NCBI GenBank assembly: GCA_023435925.1
Contig: JAEZLF010000152.1
Coordinates: forward strand, 5,589-69,588
DNA from: Bacillota bacterium
Lineage (GTDB): Bacteria > Bacillota > Clostridia > Acetivibrionales > DTU013
Length of the DNA stretch: 64,000 bases
Direction of reading: 5' to 3'
Shown one piece after another: positions 29,850 to 39,264 of this stretch (position 1 is the first letter of the stretch; every line of letters starts with the position of its first letter). The notes below the pieces were generated by a model, which saw only the letters and a list, made by a program, of their open reading frames with translations, did not search any database and was not told where the DNA came from. The position numbers and the translations under genes are program-made.

Positions 29850-31637
29850 ATGATTAATCTGATCATAAACAATAAAGAAGTTTCGGCCCGGGAGGGCGAT
29901 ACGATACTGGAGGCAGCAAAGAGAAATAACATTGTGATTCCGCATTTCTGCTATATGGAAGGTGTACATCAGGCGGGTTCCTGCAGGATCTGTGTGGTTG
30001 AGGTAGAGGGGGCAAAAACACTTCAGGCCTCTTGCCTGGTACAGGTTCGCGAGGGAATGGTTGTCCGGACCAATACGCAGAAGGTGAAAAAAACCAGAAA
30101 GCTTCTATATGAGCTGATGCTGTCGGATCATCCGAAGGATTGCCTGAGCTGCGGAAGGAATCAGAGCTGTGAATTTCAGAAGCTGGGAGAAATGATGGGG
30201 ATTCAGGAGCAGCGATTTGAAGGAGAAAAATCGAAATCATATCTGGATGACCAATCCCCGTCTATTGTAAGAGATACCTCTAAATGTATTTTGTGCAGGC
30301 GATGTGTTGCGGTATGTAATCAAATACAGGGGGTCGGTGTGCTGAATGTTCAGCACAGAGGTTTTAAGACGGTGATCGGGCCTGCCGCAGAGCTTCCGTT
30401 GAATCAGGTGAACTGTACTTATTGCGGTCAATGTACAACGGTTTGTCCGGTGGGTTCATTACAGGAAAAGGACTCCACAAAAGCGGTGTGGGATGCGCTC
30501 TATAACACTGGTAAGAGGGTGGTGATTCAGACGGCCCCTGCAGTGCGAGCCGCTCTGGGAGAGGAATTTGGCTATGAGCCCGGCACACTGGTTACGGGAA
30601 AAATGGCAGCGGCATTGAAGGAACTAGGTTTTGACGATGTATTTGACACGAATTTTGCTGCCGATCTTACCATCATAGAGGAGGGAAGTGAGCTCCTTTC
30701 CAGAATAAACGATGCTTTCTCCGGAAAAGGGACAGTACTTCCCATGATTACGAGCTGCAGCCCCGGCTGGATCAAATATGTGGAGCATACGTGGCCAGAC
30801 GAGCTGGATCACCTATCCAGCTGCAAATCGCCCCATATGATGTTGGGAGCTCTTGTCAAAAGCTATTACGCGGATAAGCTGGGCATTGATCCTCAAAAAC
30901 TGTTTGTTGTATCTGTAATGCCCTGTACTGCTAAAAAGTATGAGATTACGCGGCAGGAAATGAGGAACAACGGGTTGGCTGACGTTGATGCGGTGCTGAC
31001 AACAAGAGAGCTGGCGCATATGATAAAGGAATCGGGAATTGATTTTTGTTCTCTGGAAGATAAGGAATTTGATCATCCGCTTGGATTGTCCACCGGAGCG
31101 GCTGATATTTTCGGTACTACCGGCGGTGTAATGGAAGCGGCTTTGCGAACGGTTTATGAGCTGATCACAGGTCGGGAACTGCCTTTTGATAAGCTGCATG
31201 TTGAGCCGATCGCAGGGCTGGAGAGAATAAAAACAGCGCAGCTTCTGATTCAGGATCCTTTACCCGATTACAAATTCCTTGACGGGGTTATATTAAAAAT
31301 TGCAGTCACCAGTGGATTAAACGGAGCCGCAGAACTGATGAAGGAAGTATCCGCGGGCACATCGCCTTATCACTTTATTGAAGTAATGGGATGCCCGGGC
31401 GGTTGTATCAGCGGTGGCGGGCAGCCAAGAACGACGACAAACGAGGTCAGATTGAAGCGGTTGGAAGCAATATACAGAGAGGATGAAGGGAAGACGCTGA
31501 GGAAATCCCATGAGAACCCGGCTGTCACCCGTCTGTACGAGGAATTTCTGATGAAACCTCTTGGTCACAAATCCCATGAACTGCTTCATACCCATTACAG
31601 GAAAAGGGGAATATTTAATCAATATGATAATGAATAA
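29850..31637 (+). CDS. [FeFe]-hydrogenase HydA-like protein (M3-type) with variant L1 motif
   Basis: N-terminal 2Fe-2S, HPKDCLSCGRNQSCE and 2x CxxCxxCxxxCP motifs. H-domain motifs: TSCSPGW (L1 variant), MPCTAKKYE (L2), EVMGCPGGCISGGGQP (L3). ATG lies behind AGGAGG. Confidence 0.85.
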   Translation: MINLIINNKEVSAREGDTILEAAKRNNIVIPHFCYMEGVHQAGSCRICVVEVEGAKTLQASCLVQVREGMVVRTNTQKVKKTRKLLYELMLSDHPKDCLSCGRNQSCEFQKLGEMMGIQEQRFEGEKSKSYLDDQSPSIVRDTSKCILCRRCVAVCNQIQGVGVLNVQHRGFKTVIGPAAELPLNQVNCTYCGQCTTVCPVGSLQEKDSTKAVWDALYNTGKRVVIQTAPAVRAALGEEFGYEPGTLVTGKMAAALKELGFDDVFDTNFAADLTIIEEGSELLSRINDAFSGKGTVLPMITSCSPGWIKYVEHTWPDELDHLSSCKSPHMMLGALVKSYYADKLGIDPQKLFVVSVMPCTAKKYEITRQEMRNNGLADVDAVLTTRELAHMIKESGIDFCSLEDKEFDHPLGLSTGAADIFGTTGGVMEAALRTVYELITGRELPFDKLHVEPIAGLERIKTAQLLIQDPLPDYKFLDGVILKIAVTSGLNGAAELMKEVSAGTSPYHFIEVMGCPGGCISGGGQPRTTTNEVRLKRLEAIYREDEGKTLRKSHENPAVTRLYEEFLMKPLGHKSHELLHTHYRKRGIFNQYDNE

Positions 31638-31962
31638 GCTGCTACAGTTCGTCTAAAAAAGGGGAAGAAGAGTATACCTCACATATTGGAAACGAACTGG
31701 AAACCTTATGGTTATGGCTTTCAGTTCGTTTCCGGGAGATGTGTATATAAAATCCAGTAGCTATTGACCATATCTATTACCGCATTCTCCCATTGGAGGA
31801 TGTTTTCAAGGTCCGGTAAGCTTCATGTGAAATAGAAGGGCGAAAGCAATAGTTGAAGATTTATGCGGAACATCCAACCATGCTTATTGATATTTGTCGG
31901 AACTTTTGATAATATGCTCGTAGACATTGCGGATGAGAGCTGTTCTTGAGGATAATGAGAAA

Positions 31963-33774
31963 ATGGGCGTGTTTAAAAAGTTATCTATAAAAATCCAATT
32001 ATTTCTACTGATATCATGCATCATTATTGTGGTACTATTTGTAATTTATTTTATTTACAACAGGACTTCCGGAATCGTTACCAATACAAATAAGGATTAT
32101 ACCAACAAGATCATTTACCAGATTAAAAACAACATATCCTCCAACTGTAATGTAATCAATAGAATATCCTACAGTGTAGTATACAACAAGGTTGTACAGC
32201 AATACATGCTGGAAAGCGACGCTGCAACTAAGTACAGTCTATATGATAAGCTGATCAACTTTTTAAGCAATATGATAGAGATTAAGGATGGAATCATTGA
32301 TATTGCCTTTATTTCAGAAGAGGGCAACAGCTTTGATATGAATGGATTTTCCGATATTTGTGGGGAAATTGGCGACATACCGTTTATGGATAACAAAACA
32401 CCGTATTACACCGGTTTAATGTCCTATGAAGAAGGTGGCAGGATTGAAAACTGCATCATTGCATGTTCAAATGTGGTTTCGGTTGAGAAAGGCAGGCAAT
32501 ATGGACAAAAAATCGGTACTGTATACATTGTCCTGGACCCAAATGCAATTATCAGTGAAGACTATGATAAGGAGAATGATGTCGGGAGCTATATCTACCT
32601 TATGGATCGGAACCGGAATATATTGTTTAACGGAAGAAATGCGGCTCTGGAAGCAGAACTGGTAAACATGGACTATCACCAGCAAATACAAATGAATATT
32701 CTGGAAGGTAAGCTGGGGAAAACGGACAACCTGATTCAGCTTCAGGAAATAGAACAACTGGAAGGCTGGATTGTATGCATCACACCAATGCAGGTCCTTT
32801 TAAAAGAGGTCGACATCATTAAAAAGCTGGGAATCACTGTGCTGCTGCTGGCATTAACGTTGATAGCCATACCTTTCAGGATCATTGGAAATAACATTAT
32901 CCGCCCCATGAAAAAGTTCATCGCTTTTATGACAGAAGTAAAAGAGGGAAATTTGAAAAATCTGAAAAAGAGAATTCATCTTGAAGGTTATGCGGAAATA
33001 AACGCTGTCGCGCAGGAGTTTAATTCAATGCTTGATGAAATAGACTCCCTGACTCGCAGGCTGGTTGAAACAAACAGTATGCTATATAAAGCGGAGCTTG
33101 AAAACAAACAGTCGGAGCTGGCGTTTTTAAGGAGCCAGATCAATCCTCATTTCCTATATAATACCTTTGAATCTTTTAAAGGTATGGCATCGGCAAAGGG
33201 TGTACCTGAAATAAAGCAAATGCTCACGTCACTGAGCAATATCTTTAAATACAGCGTTAGAAGCGCGTCGATGGTTTCATTAGGGGAGGAAATTGAAATT
33301 GTCAAGTCCTATATCAGCATTCAGCAAATTCGCTTTTGCGACCGATTTGATGTTTTCTATGAGCTTGAGGAGGACGTATTGGATTATAAAATTCCTAAAA
33401 TGATACTTCAGCCGATTGTTGAAAACTCTGTTTTCCACGGCCTTGAACCAAAGCTTGAGAAGGGGCATTTATGGATAGGGGGAAGGAAGACGGTAGAGGA
33501 TGAACTTATTGTATGGGTCAGAGATGATGGAATAGGACTCGCAAGTGGCAGCTTGAGAAACCTTTCAGATAAGCTGAACGACAATAGTGAGAAAACCGGG
33601 GAACAAGAAAATTCTAATTATAGCGTTGGACTGAAAAATGTAAGCAACCGTATAAAATTAATGTATGGCAAAGAGTATGGAATTGAAATAACCAGCATAC
33701 AAGGGGAATATACTCAGGTATTGGTTAGAATCCCCATAGGAGGGAACAGCGATTTACAAAGTATACATTGTTGA
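31963..33774 (+). CDS. sensor histidine kinase, YesM/LytS-type (HAMP + His_kinase + HATPase)
   Basis: Two TM segments flank an extracellular domain. FLRSQINPHFLYNT H-box. MILQPIVENSVFHG and VRDDGIGL motifs. Confidence 0.8.
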   Translation: MGVFKKLSIKIQLFLLISCIIIVVLFVIYFIYNRTSGIVTNTNKDYTNKIIYQIKNNISSNCNVINRISYSVVYNKVVQQYMLESDAATKYSLYDKLINFLSNMIEIKDGIIDIAFISEEGNSFDMNGFSDICGEIGDIPFMDNKTPYYTGLMSYEEGGRIENCIIACSNVVSVEKGRQYGQKIGTVYIVLDPNAIISEDYDKENDVGSYIYLMDRNRNILFNGRNAALEAELVNMDYHQQIQMNILEGKLGKTDNLIQLQEIEQLEGWIVCITPMQVLLKEVDIIKKLGITVLLLALTLIAIPFRIIGNNIIRPMKKFIAFMTEVKEGNLKNLKKRIHLEGYAEINAVAQEFNSMLDEIDSLTRRLVETNSMLYKAELENKQSELAFLRSQINPHFLYNTFESFKGMASAKGVPEIKQMLTSLSNIFKYSVRSASMVSLGEEIEIVKSYISIQQIRFCDRFDVFYELEEDVLDYKIPKMILQPIVENSVFHGLEPKLEKGHLWIGGRKTVEDELIVWVRDDGIGLASGSLRNLSDKLNDNSEKTGEQENSNYSVGLKNVSNRIKLMYGKEYGIEITSIQGEYTQVLVRIPIGGNSDLQSIHC

Positions 33775-35182
33775 TGATGAGAGCTGGATTGTTGAAGGTC
33801 TAAAATCAGATATCAATTGGCAGGAATATGGTTATTATGTCATAGGTCAATCTTACAATGGGTTTGATGCTTTTGATAAAATTATTGATAACAGGCCGGA
33901 TCTGGTATTTACCGACATCAGAATGCCGGGAATGAACGGGCTGGAGCTTATTGAAAAATGCAGCCATATTTTGCCTTATACTGCATTTATCGTGATGAGC
34001 GGATATGCCGAGTTTTCCTATGCCAAGGAAGCGATGCAATATGGTGCTATGGGATATTGCCTGAAACCCCTTGACGAAGATGAAATAACAGGCTTGCTCA
34101 AGAAAACCAAAACCTTTCTTGAAAAGAACCGGGCATCTGCCGGGGATGATTTACTTTTGCACATAGGAAGCTGGAGCACAATGTCGGAGGAGAGAGTATC
34201 GAGTATACTCGAAGCAAGAGGATTGTTTTTAGGAAAAAAGGAACCGGTAATACCTATTGTTTCCATTGGACCTGAAAAGCTTGTTTTTCCCAGCTCTATC
34301 AGTGTAATAGGCTTAAATTTGGGCCTGGACGAAAACGGATATTTAATTCAACAAAGCGAAGAAACGGATAGGGATATTGTCGAACACCTGAAAATGGCCG
34401 TCAGTGAAAGTATGCCGGGTATAGGCATAGGCAACGGTATCAGGTCAGCGGGTGATATAAGAGTGTGTATGGAGTCGGCTATTCTGGGAGCATATCAGTT
34501 TTTTGCCGTAGGAAGACCCGGCGTATACAAGGCAGAGGAAATCTCAGACAGCAGTATTCGAAGTATCCTGACGTTGCTTGAAGAAAAGATAACAGCGAAG
34601 GACATGGTTGAAACTGACAGAATAATGAATGAAATTACAGATGAATTCAGGGCAGGTAAATATAATATAAAGCATGCCTTTATCATATATAATACAATTA
34701 TGTCGGTATTATACAAAGGTGCTTCCGAGCAATATGAGGACTTTGTGTTTGCTTCCGAAGAGCTGGTTAAAATGTTCGGCAATGCCTTTAATATGCTGGC
34801 AAGTTTGAAAAAATCAATACTTGGAGATATTAACACCCTCCGTAACTATTTGCCGTCGGATATAAAAAATGATTATTTCAAAGAGATTGTGAAATACATA
34901 GATGAAAACTTTTACAAGGATATATCCATACAAACCGTATCACAAAGGTTTAGCATTAATCTGAACTATTTATGCCAGCTTTTTAAAAAAGAAATGGATA
35001 CCACCTTTACAAATTATCTAAGAAGGCTCAGAATATCCTACGCATGTAAGCTACTGAAAGAGACTGATTTAAGCGTAAGCATAATCAGCGAAAGAGCCGG
35101 CTTTGGCGATTATTTCTATTTCAGCCGTATTTTCAAAAAATATACCGGTACAACTCCCAGCTTATATAGACAAGCCCAATAA
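33752..35182 (+). CDS. response regulator, REC + AraC-type HTH (YesN-like), probable ATT start
   Basis: The REC N-terminus YKVYIVDDESWIVEGL...DLVFTDIRMPGMNG lies upstream of the first ATG (33923). The only plausible initiator after the in-frame TAG (33737) is ATT 33752, 7 nt after AGGAGGG. C-terminal AraC HTH (GFGDYFYFSRIFKKYTG). Confidence 0.75.
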   Translation: MYKVYIVDDESWIVEGLKSDINWQEYGYYVIGQSYNGFDAFDKIIDNRPDLVFTDIRMPGMNGLELIEKCSHILPYTAFIVMSGYAEFSYAKEAMQYGAMGYCLKPLDEDEITGLLKKTKTFLEKNRASAGDDLLLHIGSWSTMSEERVSSILEARGLFLGKKEPVIPIVSIGPEKLVFPSSISVIGLNLGLDENGYLIQQSEETDRDIVEHLKMAVSESMPGIGIGNGIRSAGDIRVCMESAILGAYQFFAVGRPGVYKAEEISDSSIRSILTLLEEKITAKDMVETDRIMNEITDEFRAGKYNIKHAFIIYNTIMSVLYKGASEQYEDFVFASEELVKMFGNAFNMLASLKKSILGDINTLRNYLPSDIKNDYFKEIVKYIDENFYKDISIQTVSQRFSINLNYLCQLFKKEMDTTFTNYLRRLRISYACKLLKETDLSVSIISERAGFGDYFYFSRIFKKYTGTTPSLYRQAQ

Positions 35183-35217
35183 CAAACTAAAAATAGGACA
35201 TATTATAAGTTATTTTC

Positions 35218-35247
35218 AACTATACGCAAAAGTATAGTTTTATTTTA
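35218..35247 (+). terminator. hairpin terminator
   Basis: aactatac / gtatagtt stem followed by a T-rich tail. Confidence 0.4.
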
Positions 35248-35282
35248 TTATTGATATCAGCAAATGAACAGGGGGTCTAAAG

Positions 35283-36203
35283 TTGAACAAATCGTTGAAC
35301 AAATCATTGTACAAAAAATTGTATAAAAACAGGTATATCTATATTTTACTTCTTCCTCTTTTATTGTATTATGTAATATTTGCATATGTTCCAATGTATG
35401 GAATTACCCTTGCCTTCAAGGAATTCAATTATGCCAAGGGCATTACAGGAAGCACATGGATCGGCCTGCAGAATTTTCAAAACCTTTTCATCTATGATGA
35501 TTTCTGGACTGCTGTAAAGAATACGATAGTGATCAGTGGCAGCAGACTGGTTTTTGAATTTCCCTTTCCGATTGTATTAGCATTATTGTTAAATGAAATT
35601 AGTAGCGATAAAATAAAAAGAATTTACCAGACGGTTTTTACATTTCCCCACTTCTTATCCTGGGTTGTTCTGGGCGGTATTTTGATGAACGCTCTAAATG
35701 ACATGGGGGTAGTGAATCAAGTTCTTTCAGCTTTAGGCATGGAAAAGTTTAGCTTCTTCACAAATCCGACAATATTTAGACCTTTGTTATACATAACTAA
35801 TTTGTGGAAAGAGGCGGGCTGGGGGGCGATTATCTACCTCGCCGCGATAGCCGGAATAAATCCGGAGCTTTATGAGGCGGCTCATGTTGACGGCGCCAAT
35901 AGGCTGCAACAGATGAGGGCCATTACCTGGCCTTCCATACGAAGCACAGCGGTGATTATGCTTATTTTGGCAGTGGGACAAATGATGAATGCAGGCTTTG
36001 ACCAGGTATATAATCTTTATAACGCTGCAGTTTACAATGTGGGAGATATATTGGATACGTTTATTTTCCGCAGGTCCTTTACTGGGGCCATGAGCTTTGG
36101 TGCATCAACTGCCGTTGGGTTGATCAAGTCAGTCATTGCATTTACACTACTGTTTAGCACAAACTTCATTGCAAAAAAAATGGGAGAGGAAGGAATCGTA
36201 TAA
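35283..36203 (+). CDS. ABC sugar transporter permease (LplB/YteP-type)
   Basis: Six TM segments. EAA-like loop (AAIAGINPELYEAAHVDGANRLQQMRAITWPSI). Confidence 0.85.
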   Translation: MNKSLNKSLYKKLYKNRYIYILLLPLLLYYVIFAYVPMYGITLAFKEFNYAKGITGSTWIGLQNFQNLFIYDDFWTAVKNTIVISGSRLVFEFPFPIVLALLLNEISSDKIKRIYQTVFTFPHFLSWVVLGGILMNALNDMGVVNQVLSALGMEKFSFFTNPTIFRPLLYITNLWKEAGWGAIIYLAAIAGINPELYEAAHVDGANRLQQMRAITWPSIRSTAVIMLILAVGQMMNAGFDQVYNLYNAAVYNVGDILDTFIFRRSFTGAMSFGASTAVGLIKSVIAFTLLFSTNFIAKKMGEEGIV

Positions 36204-37111
36204 TGGATGTATCTGGTGTTGCGGAGAGAACCGCTGCAAGAGGAAAGAAAGACTTTTTTGAAAGAATGATTGTAATTTTTCTAGGACTACTCGCTATTGG
36301 AGTTGCATTTCCGTTTTACAACACACTGATTATATCCTTTGCGGATGAAGCGGCGGTTGGGAAACAGTTGGTCTACCTTCTTCCGGTCTCAATTGATTTC
36401 TCTGCATATAAGGTCATTTTTGAGGACAGCACGATTGTAAGTTCATTCCTGGTGTCAGTGTTTATTACGGTTGCAGGGACCGCTGCAAGTATGCTTATTT
36501 CCACAGCGGGCGCATATGCCTTATCGAAAAAGGACTATCCAGGAAGAAATTTCTTTATGAATGCCATCGTATTTACCATGCTCTTTAGCGGAGGATTGAT
36601 ACCATTTTATTTAACAGTAAAGAATCTGGGACTTACGAACACCTTGGCCTCTTTGATTTTACCATCTTTGGCAAATACGTTTTATTTAATAATTATGATA
36701 AATTATTTTAGGGGAATACCCGCAAGCATTGAAGAATCAGCTAAGATAGACGGAGCAAACGACATTTTAATACTAGTGAGGATTATCATACCCGTTTCGG
36801 TTCCGACCATTGCGGCTATCTCTCTCTTTTATGCTGTTGACAAGTGGAATGCATTCTACCATGCAATGCTTTTCATGAGCGATCCGAAGAAATATCCTCT
36901 GCAGTTAATGCTGCGTGAAATTCTGGTGAACTACAGTCAGATGTTCAATTCAACAGCGGCGGTTTCCATGAGCGTGTCCAGCAAACCGGTTTACCAGGAA
37001 TCACTTAAGATGGCGGTGGTTGTTGTTACGGCTCTTCCTATTTTGATGGTGTATCCGTTTATTCAGAAGTATTTTGCGAAAGGCATTATGATCGGCTCCG
37101 TAAAAGGCTGA
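36203..37111 (+). CDS. ABC sugar transporter permease (LplC/YtcP-type)
   Basis: EAA-like loop (IEESAKIDGANDILILVRIIIP). Start overlaps the upstream stop. Confidence 0.85.
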   Translation: MDVSGVAERTAARGKKDFFERMIVIFLGLLAIGVAFPFYNTLIISFADEAAVGKQLVYLLPVSIDFSAYKVIFEDSTIVSSFLVSVFITVAGTAASMLISTAGAYALSKKDYPGRNFFMNAIVFTMLFSGGLIPFYLTVKNLGLTNTLASLILPSLANTFYLIIMINYFRGIPASIEESAKIDGANDILILVRIIIPVSVPTIAAISLFYAVDKWNAFYHAMLFMSDPKKYPLQLMLREILVNYSQMFNSTAAVSMSVSSKPVYQESLKMAVVVVTALPILMVYPFIQKYFAKGIMIGSVKG

Positions 37112-37191
37112 TTACAGGTGCAAAAAAGTGTTTTAAACCTGAAAATAGCGGCGTACATGCTGTTATTAATAAAAATGGAGGGATTTATATC

Positions 37192-38865
37192 ATGAAAAGA
37201 ATGAAACAACTGTGGGCAATTCTATTGGTCATTGTATTGATCGGAAGTTGCTTCGTCGGCTGTGGCCAAAGCAATGAAAAAGACACGGGAACGACCACGA
37301 CCACCGGCTCACAAACAGTGTCGGGGACCGACAATTCAACGCAAGAGGAAAAAGTCGAAGACAATCCTTTTGCAGAACCTATGGAATTTACAATCGCTAA
37401 TGCAGAGATTACAGATTATGAATTAAATGATGAGCTTGCGCAATACTATTTTGAGAAATTTAATTTCAAACTCAAGCCTGTGCCTGTGACACAAAATGAC
37501 TATAAAGAAAAGGGTAAAATTTGGGCTGCTTCAGGAGAATTACCGGATATATTTACCTATGGTATAACCGGTTCAGAGGAAGCTGCAACCAAAAAGAGCT
37601 GGATTGACCAAAAGATTATCAGAGCATTACCGAAGGATTTGAGTGCGTATCCGAATGTACAAACCATTATGTCGCAGCCGGATGTACAATCACAAAAGGA
37701 GCCTGATGGAAGTTTTTACTTCTTTGCCATAAGCGCTTATGCGACACCTGATGGGTGGGCTTCCGATAGAAACCTTCTGGTCAGGAAGGACTGGATGGAA
37801 AAGCTCGGATTCAAAGATCCGCAGAATTTTGATGAATTTATAGCAATGTGCAAGGCATTTGCCGAGAAAGATCCGGATGGGAATAATAAAGCAGATACCA
37901 TAGGATTTGCTCCGAATTTTTACGCATATATGGCACAGCTTTCTCTTTCTACAGATTTACCTAACATTACAAACGGTTCCTGGGTGAATGAAGACGGAAA
38001 ATGGATACCATATTATGCATCACCTAAATACGTTGACTATTTGAGGCTTATCAGAAGAATGTACACAGAAGGTGCATTAGATAAGGATTTTGCCATAAGA
38101 AAGAATAACGAAGGTGGGGATCTTTTCGCACAAGGAAGAATCGGATGTATGGCATATAATTCACAGCCTAAACTTCTTAAAGTAGTTAAAGATAATTTTG
38201 AAAAAAATACCGGCCTAAAATTTTTCGATAGTGTAAAGGTATTAAGAATGTGGCCAAATTCTCAAGGTGACGTGTATCACTATACAGAAAGCACTTATTG
38301 GACAGATATGATCTTTAACGCCGCAACTGTTGATGATAAAAAGATGGATAGGTTCCTTCGTTTCCTGGATTTTGTAAATTCTGATGAGGGTATAATGATC
38401 AAAAGATACGGTATCCCGGAAAAAGACTTTAAACTTGAAGACGGAAAGCCTGTAATACTAAGAGAAAAGAATGCAGATGGCACTTATAAGGAATTATTAA
38501 CTCTTTACCCTTCACTTTTTATGTGGAGAGACTTGCCTGGAGCAATGGTGGATTTGGATTTTATCGAAGATGCAGCAAACTATGCAAATTTTGGCGAGGA
38601 TGTTGTAAATCATTCTGCAACTGAACGTAACCATCAATTAGAAAACACAAAAACCATTCCTACAAATTTTGCGATTAACGGGATGGATGTACCCGCAAAG
38701 GCAAACTATTCTATTACGATGAAGGATGAGGTTATAAAGGTTGTGCTGGGTAACGAAGACCCTGAGAAGATGTGGAAGGCAACTCTGGAGAGATTTAACA
38801 AGATTGGTCTTCAGGATGTAATCAATCAAGTCAACGAAAAGGCACAGGAGCTGGGGATAAAGTAG
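37192..38865 (+). CDS. extracellular solute-binding lipoprotein (LplA-type, family 1)
   Basis: Signal peptide with lipobox LIGSCFVGCG. At 557 aa the size is typical of LplA-like binding proteins. Confidence 0.85.
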   Translation: MKRMKQLWAILLVIVLIGSCFVGCGQSNEKDTGTTTTTGSQTVSGTDNSTQEEKVEDNPFAEPMEFTIANAEITDYELNDELAQYYFEKFNFKLKPVPVTQNDYKEKGKIWAASGELPDIFTYGITGSEEAATKKSWIDQKIIRALPKDLSAYPNVQTIMSQPDVQSQKEPDGSFYFFAISAYATPDGWASDRNLLVRKDWMEKLGFKDPQNFDEFIAMCKAFAEKDPDGNNKADTIGFAPNFYAYMAQLSLSTDLPNITNGSWVNEDGKWIPYYASPKYVDYLRLIRRMYTEGALDKDFAIRKNNEGGDLFAQGRIGCMAYNSQPKLLKVVKDNFEKNTGLKFFDSVKVLRMWPNSQGDVYHYTESTYWTDMIFNAATVDDKKMDRFLRFLDFVNSDEGIMIKRYGIPEKDFKLEDGKPVILREKNADGTYKELLTLYPSLFMWRDLPGAMVDLDFIEDAANYANFGEDVVNHSATERNHQLENTKTIPTNFAINGMDVPAKANYSITMKDEVIKVVLGNEDPEKMWKATLERFNKIGLQDVINQVNEKAQELGIK

Positions 38866-38891
38866 TAGAACGAGCTTCTTAGGACACCCAA

Positions 38892-39013
38892 AAATAATAG
38901 CTTCCGATTCTTTTCCGGGGAACCATGCTAACCAGGTTGCATAGGCGAGTAGAAAGCTTTAGCTTGCGACCAGCCTGCTCCATTCCTCAGAAAAGAATCG
39001 GAGCTATTTATTT
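38892..39013 (+). repeat. long inverted repeat (24-nt arms, 74-nt loop)
   Basis: aaataatagcttccgattcttttc ... gaaaagaatcggagctatttattt. The arms are complementary apart from two 1-nt indels. Confidence 0.6.
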
Positions 39014-39264
39014 AGCGAAAGCTTCTGTAAAGGCTGCCGGCTGGGAATTCCCGGCAATTTGAGCAACGTCACAGTCCCACTCCTCTTAGTTCAGATCCCG
39101 ACGGAATTACTGCAATACACCTTACAGACTCATTTAGTTTTGTTGGCGGCTTCATTGCACGGTGGTACAAAGATCCTGCAGGTGTGGAGCATAGCTCGGA
39201 AACACTTAGAGTAATGTGCGGAGAATTTTTAAAGATAAATATGGAGATATATGGGGGTGCTTAG

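Noticed and set aside
31688-31733. Strong hairpin ggaaacgaactg...cagttcgtttcc after the HydA-like gene, considered as a rho-independent terminator
   Set aside because: The stem is good, but it is followed by GGGAGATG rather than a U-tract. It may still be a stabiliser or a Rho-dependent or weak terminator, so I did not list it as a confident feature.
33923-35182. Track start (ATG 33923) for the YesN-like regulator
   Set aside because: This start would remove most of the receiver domain, which is clearly encoded in frame upstream (YKVYIVDDE...FTDIRMPG). I replaced it with the ATT 33752 model.
35283-35330. Four 12-nt tandem units (TTGAACAAATCG TTGAACAAATCA TTGTACAAAAAA TTGTATAAAAAC) at the 5' end of the permease gene
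   Set aside because: The units are in frame (LNKS LNKS LYKK LYKN) within a cytoplasmic N-terminal tail. This is most simply a small in-frame duplication with no evident regulatory role, so I note it but do not pursue it.
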